Source: Candidatus Brocadiia bacterium (lineage in GTDB: Bacteria > Planctomycetota > Brocadiia > SM23-32). From it: 64,000 nucleotides of DNA. Both the position numbers and the translations under genes were made by a program. The notes under the pieces were generated by a model that was given only the letters and a program-made list of their open reading frames with translations, was not told where the DNA came from and searched no databases. The stretch lies in the NCBI GenBank assembly GCA_046538485.1, contig JBKHIT010000001.1, forward strand, positions 128,001-192,000, given 5' to 3'. Positions 28,472 through 37,058 of the stretch are shown one piece after another. The first letter of the stretch is position 1. The number at the start of each line of letters is the position of its first letter.

Positions 28472-29920
28472 TCAGACCTCATAACAGGCTTCAACAAGGC
28501 GGCATACATCGCACGGTTTAGTCTCCCCTTCGGGAGCATTTGGCATGCCAAGAATCTCAGTTTCCTGAACGGGGTCTTCCTCCGGGTCGCTCGCGTGCGC
28601 GCGATTCTGAAGGACATTTTGTCCGTAAACTTCGCGGAGTTCCCGGAGACGCTGACGAATCACTCTCAGAGCGTCAGGCCCCGAATAAAGAAGCGCCATA
28701 CACTGGGTTTCGCGCTCCGGTTCGATCGGTTTCCCCGTCTCGACGTCGACCCCGGTCATATACCGAATCAATTCGTCAAATTCCGCCTGCGCATTAAGCT
28801 CTTTCAACTCTTCGGCAATCTCATCAAAAAGCGAAGGATCCGGGTGGAAACTATTTGCTTTTTCCTCGAGCAAAGAGCACGCCCGGGCGAGAATATCCGC
28901 CTTTATCTGTCCGGGTTCCGGAACATCGTCCCGGGCAAAAAGCATCTCCGCAGAATGAGCCAGCCTGATGGCCTGAGCGGGAGTTGGCATTTGCTCAATG
29001 CCGTCAACCTCCGAGACAACCGTCTCTGAAAGTCGTCGGGCTTTCTCCATAATATCTTCGGCCTTCCCCCCGACCATAGCTTTTAGCTGCTCGCGAAACT
29101 GCGGCAATTTAGCTGCATAAAATCGACTGGCTTGCTCAACGGTCAGGCTTACCATCTTCGCTCCCGTGATGAACATCCCGGTCCGAGCGAAAAAATCGAG
29201 GAGGTTACCGGGAAGAGGATTGCGCCTTCGAAAACTCTCTGGTTTGAGAATTACCATCGACGTCTCGACCTCTGGCTCATTGATGTGAGGCAATGCTCTC
29301 AAGACATACCCTCCGTCGCTATATGCGTTCCTGCTGAAAAGACGAAGGTGGGATTCTGTCATCTCCGGCGTAACACCTGTGAGAACGGCCGGTTCAAAAA
29401 AACGGTGGTACTCAGGCTCATGCTCAACTTCCTGCAAAGCCGGATAACGCCGAAGTTCCTTTTCCGCTCTTTCCCGCGCCTTTTGGACGTAATCGGCCGA
29501 CCAATCCTCCTGTATAAAATCTCCATAAGTGCCCCGAACATCATCCCCACGCACATCCTGTCCGATATGCCCCGCGGCTTCTTCGATTAAATGCTGGGCA
29601 TTTTCTCCGCGAAAAATGACGAGTAACATCCGATTCGATATTCCCCGCGCATTGGGATACCCGAAATTCTCAAGCACGTATCGAATAAGCAACTTCTGAT
29701 AGCGAAGCGGCACACGTTTCTCTTCGGGATCATAAATCCCATCACAATATTGCCGAATGAAATCGCTGTCAGGCGCCGGCGCATACATACGGACCGCCGC
29801 TAATCTAACATTTGCCCACAGTAGCCGGGCCAGAATGCCCCCTGTTCTGCTCTTGTGAAGCGTGTATGGAGTCACCAACGCATAAGCTAACTCTTCACCC
29901 TTGAGACATTCTTCCGGCAT
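28472..29920 (-). CDS. Long two-domain nucleoside-diphosphate-kinase-like protein
   Basis: SMVILKPESF and NVLQNRAHASD (NDK catalytic His motif); the N-terminal NDK-like domain lacks the His motif. Confidence 0.7.
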   Translation of the reverse strand: MPEECLKGEELAYALVTPYTLHKSRTGGILARLLWANVRLAAVRMYAPAPDSDFIRQYCDGIYDPEEKRVPLRYQKLLIRYVLENFGYPNARGISNRMLLVIFRGENAQHLIEEAAGHIGQDVRGDDVRGTYGDFIQEDWSADYVQKARERAEKELRRYPALQEVEHEPEYHRFFEPAVLTGVTPEMTESHLRLFSRNAYSDGGYVLRALPHINEPEVETSMVILKPESFRRRNPLPGNLLDFFARTGMFITGAKMVSLTVEQASRFYAAKLPQFREQLKAMVGGKAEDIMEKARRLSETVVSEVDGIEQMPTPAQAIRLAHSAEMLFARDDVPEPGQIKADILARACSLLEEKANSFHPDPSLFDEIAEELKELNAQAEFDELIRYMTGVDVETGKPIEPERETQCMALLYSGPDALRVIRQRLRELREVYGQNVLQNRAHASDPEEDPVQETEILGMPNAPEGETKPCDVCRLVEACYEV

Positions 29921-30213
29921 ACCTCAAACCTCAAAACTCTCTTATGAAATTTAATTGGAACGGATGGGCAATATACCACAAGCGACTGAAACGTCGCAAG
30001 GCTCTCATTCAAATGAGCGTCCGGCAACGCAGCAAATCTCGCTTAGCAATGCTTCGTCGCATATTTGTGCAAGTCCGTCCCCTGTGCTCGGCCATGAGTA
30101 CGTCTTGACAAGCATCCGACAAACCATAATATGTCCGTTTACAATGCACTACAGTTCCACTATGCGCACTATCCAAAGTGCCGTGTGTCTGCGACTAATG
30201 AAAGGCCGCTCCA

Positions 30214-31731
30214 ATGCAAACCTTACATATAATTCTGTCCACCGTGATACTCCTCCTCACCATCCCCATCGGCACCCTGCGTGCCAACGTAAAATTGCCG
30301 GCCGTCTTCTCCGAAGGAATGGTTCTCCAACGTGATCGAAAAATCCCTGTCTGGGGCTGGGCCGATGACGGAGAAAAAGTAAAAATCAGCATCTACAACC
30401 GGGGCACAAAACCTCTCATCCAAGCCCAAACCGTCGCCCGCAACGGACGTTTCCGGCTCACACTCGACCCCCTGCCCGTCGGCGGCCCCTACACGATGTT
30501 GATGGAAGCCAAAAATCGATTCATCTTCACAGATATTCTGGTGGGAGAAGTCTGGATCACATGCGGCCAGTCCAATGCTATATGGCCGGTAAGCGAAACG
30601 GCATCCATCGAAGAGGCGCGCGCCAACCGAGATAAATACCCCGGCATCCGCCACATACAGCTCGGACACCGGAAATACCGACAAGCTGACAAGCCGTACG
30701 AGAAACTCGGCGCGTTCTGGGGCCGACCCAAATGGGAAGACTCCCGGTACTCTCTGATGCGCTCCAACAAAGATATCCCCGGATGCCAGAACGCCATCGG
30801 GTATTATTTCGCCCGGGAAGTCTACAAACACTTCGACGGCAAAGTTCCCGTCGGCACGATCGATATTGGCGCCATCATCAGGGTCGAAAGCTGGGTGGCC
30901 GACCGTTTTGTCGCAAAAGATCCCGTGCTGGAAAAGATCCGGGGGAAACGCTACCCCCACGAAACGTCCCGAGCCTACAACGCCAACATCGCACCTCTCT
31001 CCCCCTATCCGGTCCGCGGCGCCATTTATTACCAGGGCGAGATGAATGCCGGAAACGCAAAAGTCTACCGCCATGGACTCGAAATGCTTATAAAAAGTTG
31101 GCGGGCGGCCTGGGACGATCCCGACATGCCGTTTCTCATCGTGCAGCTCCCCGGATTCATAAAGCACAAAGGCCCCAAACATAAATACGACATGGATGCG
31201 AAAAGCCTTGCCAGCTTCAAAGGAAACGACGCCAGCCACGGATTCGTAGGGATCCGACAGGCCCAGTTGCAGGTCTGGCAGAACACACCCCACACCGGTA
31301 TGGCCGTCACGATCGACCTTGGGGAACCTTTCAACATTCACCCTCCCCGCAAACGCGAAGTGGCTGAACGGCTGTTCCTTCAGGCCCGAAAAGTGGCCTA
31401 CGGAGATGAGGAGGTCCTGGCCAGCGGGCCGGTTCCCGCAAAGTTCCAGAAAATCAATAACGGGTTCGCCATCGAATTCAAGAACATCGGACGCGGTCTG
31501 TCCGTTAAAGGCAAAAATCTGACGGGATTTGAACTCGCAGGGGAAAACGGCAATTTCACAGTCGCCGATGCCCGTATCGAAGGTGACCGGGTCATCGTCA
31601 CCTCCGGGGAAATCCAACATCCGAGCGCTGTTCGCTACGCGTGGAAGGGGTATCCGCAGGTCAGCCTCTATAACAAAAAGGGCCTCCCAGCTACTCCGTT
31701 TCGCCACCTTCCAAAAGACCAGAACAAATAG
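30214..31731 (+). CDS. Secreted sialate O-acetylesterase-family (SGNH) carbohydrate esterase
   Basis: Signal peptide; VWITCGQSN, IYYQGEMN, VQLP, NIHP, VRYAW. Confidence 0.85.
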   Translation: MQTLHIILSTVILLLTIPIGTLRANVKLPAVFSEGMVLQRDRKIPVWGWADDGEKVKISIYNRGTKPLIQAQTVARNGRFRLTLDPLPVGGPYTMLMEAKNRFIFTDILVGEVWITCGQSNAIWPVSETASIEEARANRDKYPGIRHIQLGHRKYRQADKPYEKLGAFWGRPKWEDSRYSLMRSNKDIPGCQNAIGYYFAREVYKHFDGKVPVGTIDIGAIIRVESWVADRFVAKDPVLEKIRGKRYPHETSRAYNANIAPLSPYPVRGAIYYQGEMNAGNAKVYRHGLEMLIKSWRAAWDDPDMPFLIVQLPGFIKHKGPKHKYDMDAKSLASFKGNDASHGFVGIRQAQLQVWQNTPHTGMAVTIDLGEPFNIHPPRKREVAERLFLQARKVAYGDEEVLASGPVPAKFQKINNGFAIEFKNIGRGLSVKGKNLTGFELAGENGNFTVADARIEGDRVIVTSGEIQHPSAVRYAWKGYPQVSLYNKKGLPATPFRHLPKDQNK

Positions 31732-31921
31732 CTCTTCAGAATTCTCAGCGTGGAGGACAGCTGACCGGTGTAAAGATAGAAACACACGGACGAAGCGGGA
31801 AAAAGGCCAGAAAACATAACGCAAAAGAACCGTGACTTTCGAAACCAACTGGTTATCGCTATACTTCGTCAGCGTCTGACAACAGATACGACTTTATCGC
31901 GTCTACGGGAAGCCAAAAACC

Positions 31922-33364
31922 ATGAAATCTCTCCCGAATATCCTCTGGATCTGCACGGACCAGCAGCGTGCGGACACGCTCGGATGCTACGGTAACTCTT
32001 TCGTCCACACGCCTAACCTCGATCGGCTCGCCAGCGAGGGGGCTCTGTTCGAAAACTGTTTCAGCCAGAGTCCAATCTGCACCCCGAGCCGCGCGAGTTT
32101 TCTGACGGGCCGCTACCCCCGAACAACCCGAGCCCGCCAGAACGGTCAGGATATCCCCGCCGATGAAATGCTCATCACAAAGTTGCTGGCCGATAACGGT
32201 TACACCTGCGGACTGGCCGGAAAACTGCATCTTTCTACCTGCGATCCCAGATTTTGTCCTGACATCGAACGACGTATTGATGATGGCTACAAAGTCTTCC
32301 ATTGGTCCCACCATCCCAATCCCGATTGGCCAAAAAATGCTTACGCACAATGGCTCGCTGAAAACGATGTGAGCTACGAAACTCCTGCACTCGACGGCAC
32401 CTGGCAGGTGCGGAAAGGTATGCCGGAACAATATCACCAGACCACCTGGTGCGCGGACAAAACGATTGAATTCATAACGGAACAGGCTCAGCAGGGTTCT
32501 CCCTGGCTGTTTTCGCTCAACTGTTTCGACCCGCACTTTCCCTTTGATCCCCCGGAAGAATATCTTGAGCCCTACCTCGACGAGCTCGACGAAATCCCTC
32601 TCCCCGTCATCGAAGAAGGTGAACTCGAAAACAAACCCCGGTGGCAGAAACCGGAATTCCGGGACGATTATCACTACACAGGCCCGCATCATCCGGAAGA
32701 TATGACATCGCGCCAGCATCGTCTCACGCGAGCCGCTTACTGGGCAATGGTGGATCTGATCGACGCGCAGATCGGCCGCGTGCTGGAATCGCTCGACGCT
32801 ACCGGACAGAGGGAAGAGACGCTTGTCATTTTCACCTCGGATCACGGCGAAATGCTCGGCGATCACGACCTTTATTTGAAAGGTCCCTACTTCTACGATC
32901 CCGCCGTTCGCGTGCCGCTGATTGTGAGCCGGCCCGGCCATATAAAACCCGGGCGGACGGATACCCTCGTGGAACTGATGGATTTGGCACCGACGGTCCT
33001 GGAGGCCGCCGGACTCGATCAGCACGAAGGTATGCAGGCTAAATCGCTCTGGCCAGTTCTACAAAACATTAATAAAAACCTCACGCATCGGGAAGACGTC
33101 TACTGCGAGTATTACTACGGGATGGGCTGCGAGGGGGACCCGCCCCCGTACGCCACCATGCTCCGCACTGAAACGCATAAATTGGTGGTCGCCCATGGGT
33201 TGGATCAGGGAGAACTCTACGACCTGGAGCAGAACCCCGAGGAATGCCGGAATCTGTGGGACGATCGGGAACACAAAGAGTTTAAATTTGCCCTGATGAA
33301 ACGTCTCTGCGATCGCATGGCATACACCGTAGACCCCTTGCCTCCGCGGCGGGGCCATTTCTGA
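31922..33364 (+). CDS. Formylglycine-dependent sulfatase (no signal peptide)
   Basis: PNILWICTDQQR, CTPSRASFLTGRYP, GKLH, DPHFP, FTSDHGEMLGDH. Confidence 0.95.
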   Translation: MKSLPNILWICTDQQRADTLGCYGNSFVHTPNLDRLASEGALFENCFSQSPICTPSRASFLTGRYPRTTRARQNGQDIPADEMLITKLLADNGYTCGLAGKLHLSTCDPRFCPDIERRIDDGYKVFHWSHHPNPDWPKNAYAQWLAENDVSYETPALDGTWQVRKGMPEQYHQTTWCADKTIEFITEQAQQGSPWLFSLNCFDPHFPFDPPEEYLEPYLDELDEIPLPVIEEGELENKPRWQKPEFRDDYHYTGPHHPEDMTSRQHRLTRAAYWAMVDLIDAQIGRVLESLDATGQREETLVIFTSDHGEMLGDHDLYLKGPYFYDPAVRVPLIVSRPGHIKPGRTDTLVELMDLAPTVLEAAGLDQHEGMQAKSLWPVLQNINKNLTHREDVYCEYYYGMGCEGDPPPYATMLRTETHKLVVAHGLDQGELYDLEQNPEECRNLWDDREHKEFKFALMKRLCDRMAYTVDPLPPRRGHF

Positions 33365-33497
33365 AAGAGCTGCACTTTCACTCCGTGAATACCGGTTTAG
33401 CGTTTATCAAATTCCGCCATTGGAGTTCACATTTCATAGGCGTCCTACGGCGACTACACGTTTAGCGTGCGTTACACTCAGCCATTCAGGTTCACAT

Positions 33498-33602
33498 GTC
33501 ATTGCGAGGCGTTCCGCGCAGCGGGACGCCGCGGCAATCTCGCTGTTGGGCCAACAAAACGACGAGCTTGCTTCGCCCGTCTTACAATGGACTCGCAATG
33601 AG
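33498..33602. repeat. REP/MITE-like palindromic element (GTCATTGCGAG...GCAATCTC / GAGCTTGCTTCG...CTCGCAATGA)
   Basis: Inverted termini with internal hairpins; related half-copies at 47445 and 60003. Confidence 0.75.
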
Positions 33603-33697
33603 CTGTGGAGCGAAGTTTTCAGGCTAAACAGCCTGCCCGGGATTCAGGATCTCATCCACAACAAGCCGTTCTCGCTCATAACGGTGGCTCAGTCTCG

Positions 33698-33725
33698 TTG
33701 ACTGAAAATCCATCGCCCGTACAAT
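33698..33725 (+). promoter_or_regulatory. Sigma70-type promoter of the large secreted-protein operon
   Basis: TTGACT-16 bp-TACAAT. Confidence 0.6.
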
Positions 33726-33812
33726 GGAAAGAGACAAGAACTGATCGCACCTCCGGATTGGGCGCGGAGAGAGGACGACCAAACACAGAAAATTGAAATT
33801 CAAGGGTAAAAT

Positions 33813-36800
33813 ATGGAACTGAAACGTATCGTGCAGCTGCTTGTTTTGTTTGTGATCACAATTTTAGGGCAGGTTCCGGCGGCAGAAAAGTATACACGTC
33901 TCTACAATGGGATAACGGCATTCGTCGCCAACCCCGATGGCATCGATTTTACTGTCTCCCTTTCCGTAAAAGACGTCAATCGGCACGGCGGTGCTCCCGA
34001 TGAGCTGTTGGCCAAAATTTATGGGCCCGAGGGCAGACCTCTCGTCCGCAAATTCATCCCCGATGACGGAGTCAGCCAAGGCAACTTCGCCGCGCCCGCC
34101 GCCGGGTGGGATCATGAATCATGGTATTACGAAACATGCTATTCGAGAGGTTTACGGCCCGCGATGCGTTGGAGTGCAGTTTCAGAGCCCGAACGTCTGG
34201 AGCAACTGAAGAAAAGGAACGTTTCGTGGGATATCGAGGGGCGTGGGAAAGGCGTCTACCGTATTCTACTTGTGGGCAACCCCGATCTTCTTGTATCCCT
34301 GGATCTCGACCCGAATCTGCAATACGGACTCGCCGGGAGCCCGGAATGGATACATGGAAGCGGGAACGATTTCCGCCGCAGCTACTTCTACATTCCGAAA
34401 GGTGGGGCGGCCGTGCATGCCCTTTTCCTGCAGTTCGACCGTCCGCGCCAGCGCGCATTTGCGGTAAAGGACGATAACGGGGAAATCCTGATGGAAGGCA
34501 GAGCCGTCGATGGACTGCAACGGATGGTATACCGAGCTCCGCCTGGCGAAAGCCTCGACGATAGAATTTTCTCCGTGGAGGTCTCGGAAGGTGCGGGGGA
34601 TTTTCTGCTGAATATCACGATCCAAATGGAAGGCAAATCATTAAAAAAGGCCAAAAAGATCCCGGATCTGACAACGGAAAATTTTGATCAATTTCAGCCC
34701 TGGCGGGGCCCTAAAGCATTGACAGCGGTTCTTTGTTCTGACAAAGAACTTGCCCGTTCCCTTAAAGGTGGAGCCATATACCACGACGACAAAGTTTTCT
34801 GGCAGATGTATCAGGTTCGGCTCTACGATATCCTCCAAAAAATGTCTCCGGACGATTTTGACTACCCGAGCGATCTGCCGAAGCGCAAAGGCTATCATTC
34901 GGTTGGTTCGCATGAGCGTCCCCGTCGTGGCGTGCCCGGATGGGGCGATCGGGTAATGCACAACTATCCGGCACACAAAAATCGCAAAGCTCTCAATTAT
35001 GCCATACGCGACCTGTTTTTCGGGATGTGCCTCATCGGTCACGGCGACCATGTGGCAATCGGCCCGCTCGCCAACCTCGCCTACGAAATGGGATGCTATT
35101 CTTATTTCTTCCCCCGCCCGGCGTGGCGTATTCTCCGGCAGAGCAACGCCCCGGCTGACGTAAAAGCCTGCATCCGGGAATACGTAAACCAGATATGCGA
35201 TCGCATGGCGTTCTGCCGGGGGATGGCACTTGTGAATGGTAACTCCCTGGCCAGTCTCGTCGAAAGCATGCGTTACTGCACGGAAGCGACCGACGACGTA
35301 TTGAACCAGCGGCTTTTCGAGACGTATTTCGAGCGTTTTGAAACGGGCGGCCTTGGAGAACGCATCGGTATCGGGCCATCGGGCGGACTTCAGGAATCGT
35401 TTGGTTATGATTTTCATTACGGTAGCTACGTGCTGCGCGGATGGAACGCCGTGCGGCACGATCTAAAAGCTCCGAGATTCGAACGGGTCTATGACCGCAT
35501 GATGAAATTCTACAGCTACGTCTGGACCCCCGTCGGTTATGCGATATGGAGTTCCCGTACCGGGATCGGAAAAGTCGCGGGAGGCACCTACAATTCGTGG
35601 CACAAAAACCCCGATTATCGCTGGAAAGGCTACGGGGGACCGAACCTGACAGTTGGTGTCAATGGTGCGAATGAATTTTTTGCGGCCCGCCGACAAAACT
35701 ACTACTGCCTGACTTATCACGGACGCCTCACACCAACTTGGATGGGCGAGGGTTTTCGCGGACAAATAGGTTTTGGAGGCGGTGCAATTTGCCAGCTTTT
35801 CGTCCCGGGAAAAGGCAATGGAATGGTCATAACATCAACGGTCAATGGCTCCTATGGCAAAGGCATGCACCTTTCACAATGGCGTAACTTTCACATTCAC
35901 AGCGTTGTCGGAACGACCATCGATGGACAGCCTCTCGTAACAGCCAACAGTGAACATTTCAATGCCCGCCTGGAAGACAATACCGTTACAAGTTCCAGTG
36001 AAGTGCGTCAATCTTCCGTTCGGATTAAACGCAGCTATACTTTTGAGCCGAACTCCATCGTTTGCAATCTGCAGCTCGCGCCTTCCGCCGCAGACAAATC
36101 CTATGCGCTCTGGGCCGGACCGGCAAAATTCCGCCGTGAGGTGAATGAAGCCTACGAGATGATTCCCTACGCCGATGTCCGGCGGAACAGGCGAACCGGC
36201 AAAAAAGGCAAAGGGGCAGCCCGTCTGGTCGCCGTCGATGCCGCGGGCGGTGAAATTGCCGATCTCACCGATGAACCAACACTTGCACAGGGCTTCTTAA
36301 TCGACCGGCATGGATACGGCGCGCGTATTGAGCTCGAAAAGCGCACGCCTCTGCTGCTGGGGAAAAACGACACGGTTCTCATCCAGCTCGCTGACCAACG
36401 CACCCACGCGGACGAAATCGAACTCACCTACCGAATCGTTCCGTTCAGCGGTCAGCCCCCTGCAGGACCGTTCGGGAGCAAAGGCCAAGTACCGAAAAAC
36501 CTGTCCCTGGAGACGAAAACGGTCCGAAAAGCCTCGGAACTCAAAAAAGCTCTGGCCGAATTGGAGCCATTCACAATCAAAAGCAGTAAGGGAAAAAAAC
36601 TGGCCCGGCTGCGCGTGGCACGGAGCGGGGAAAATCTGGCACTTTCCGCGACCGTCTCTGATAGCAAAATTGCGCCTCACAAAACGGTCTGGAAGGGCTC
36701 GTGCCTGGAAATATTTGCCTCGATGCCCGGCACCGCGCAGATTGGACAGGTCTTCCTGGCACCCGCTGCCGGCGAAACCCCCGCCAGAGCCTACCGCGCA

Positions 36801-37058
36801 GGGGAAAAAATTGCGCCGGAACCGGCGATTAAGCTGACGACTCAGCCAGAGGAAGGCGGTTATGATATGCAAGCACTGGTCCCCTTCTCTGCGCTGAAGG
36901 TGGATCCCTCCCGGGCAAAAATTATGCTTGAATTCCAGGTCACTTCCGTTGGCGGACCCGGCGGGAAACTGACAAGAGGCACGCTTTTTGACAGCATCCA
37001 TGCTTACGAAAACAACCAGCGCTACGGCCTGTTCATTCTCAATCCGGAGGCCGAATAA
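33813..37058 (+). CDS. Large secreted protein, possible polysaccharide-lyase-like core with a C-terminal CBM9/DOMON-like domain
   Basis: Signal peptide; GPSGGLQESFGYDFHYGSY resembles heparinase II/III-type toroid motifs; C-terminal domain shared with the 39607 ORF. Confidence 0.55.
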   Translation: MELKRIVQLLVLFVITILGQVPAAEKYTRLYNGITAFVANPDGIDFTVSLSVKDVNRHGGAPDELLAKIYGPEGRPLVRKFIPDDGVSQGNFAAPAAGWDHESWYYETCYSRGLRPAMRWSAVSEPERLEQLKKRNVSWDIEGRGKGVYRILLVGNPDLLVSLDLDPNLQYGLAGSPEWIHGSGNDFRRSYFYIPKGGAAVHALFLQFDRPRQRAFAVKDDNGEILMEGRAVDGLQRMVYRAPPGESLDDRIFSVEVSEGAGDFLLNITIQMEGKSLKKAKKIPDLTTENFDQFQPWRGPKALTAVLCSDKELARSLKGGAIYHDDKVFWQMYQVRLYDILQKMSPDDFDYPSDLPKRKGYHSVGSHERPRRGVPGWGDRVMHNYPAHKNRKALNYAIRDLFFGMCLIGHGDHVAIGPLANLAYEMGCYSYFFPRPAWRILRQSNAPADVKACIREYVNQICDRMAFCRGMALVNGNSLASLVESMRYCTEATDDVLNQRLFETYFERFETGGLGERIGIGPSGGLQESFGYDFHYGSYVLRGWNAVRHDLKAPRFERVYDRMMKFYSYVWTPVGYAIWSSRTGIGKVAGGTYNSWHKNPDYRWKGYGGPNLTVGVNGANEFFAARRQNYYCLTYHGRLTPTWMGEGFRGQIGFGGGAICQLFVPGKGNGMVITSTVNGSYGKGMHLSQWRNFHIHSVVGTTIDGQPLVTANSEHFNARLEDNTVTSSSEVRQSSVRIKRSYTFEPNSIVCNLQLAPSAADKSYALWAGPAKFRREVNEAYEMIPYADVRRNRRTGKKGKGAARLVAVDAAGGEIADLTDEPTLAQGFLIDRHGYGARIELEKRTPLLLGKNDTVLIQLADQRTHADEIELTYRIVPFSGQPPAGPFGSKGQVPKNLSLETKTVRKASELKKALAELEPFTIKSSKGKKLARLRVARSGENLALSATVSDSKIAPHKTVWKGSCLEIFASMPGTAQIGQVFLAPAAGETPARAYRAGEKIAPEPAIKLTTQPEEGGYDMQALVPFSALKVDPSRAKIMLEFQVTSVGGPGGKLTRGTLFDSIHAYENNQRYGLFILNPEAE

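Noticed and set aside
30223..31848. Long antisense ORFs (e.g. 541 aa here; also 31859..33025, 37313..38749, 15978..17069)
   Set aside because: They are shadows of well-supported genes on the opposite strand, expected from codon bias, and have no motifs.
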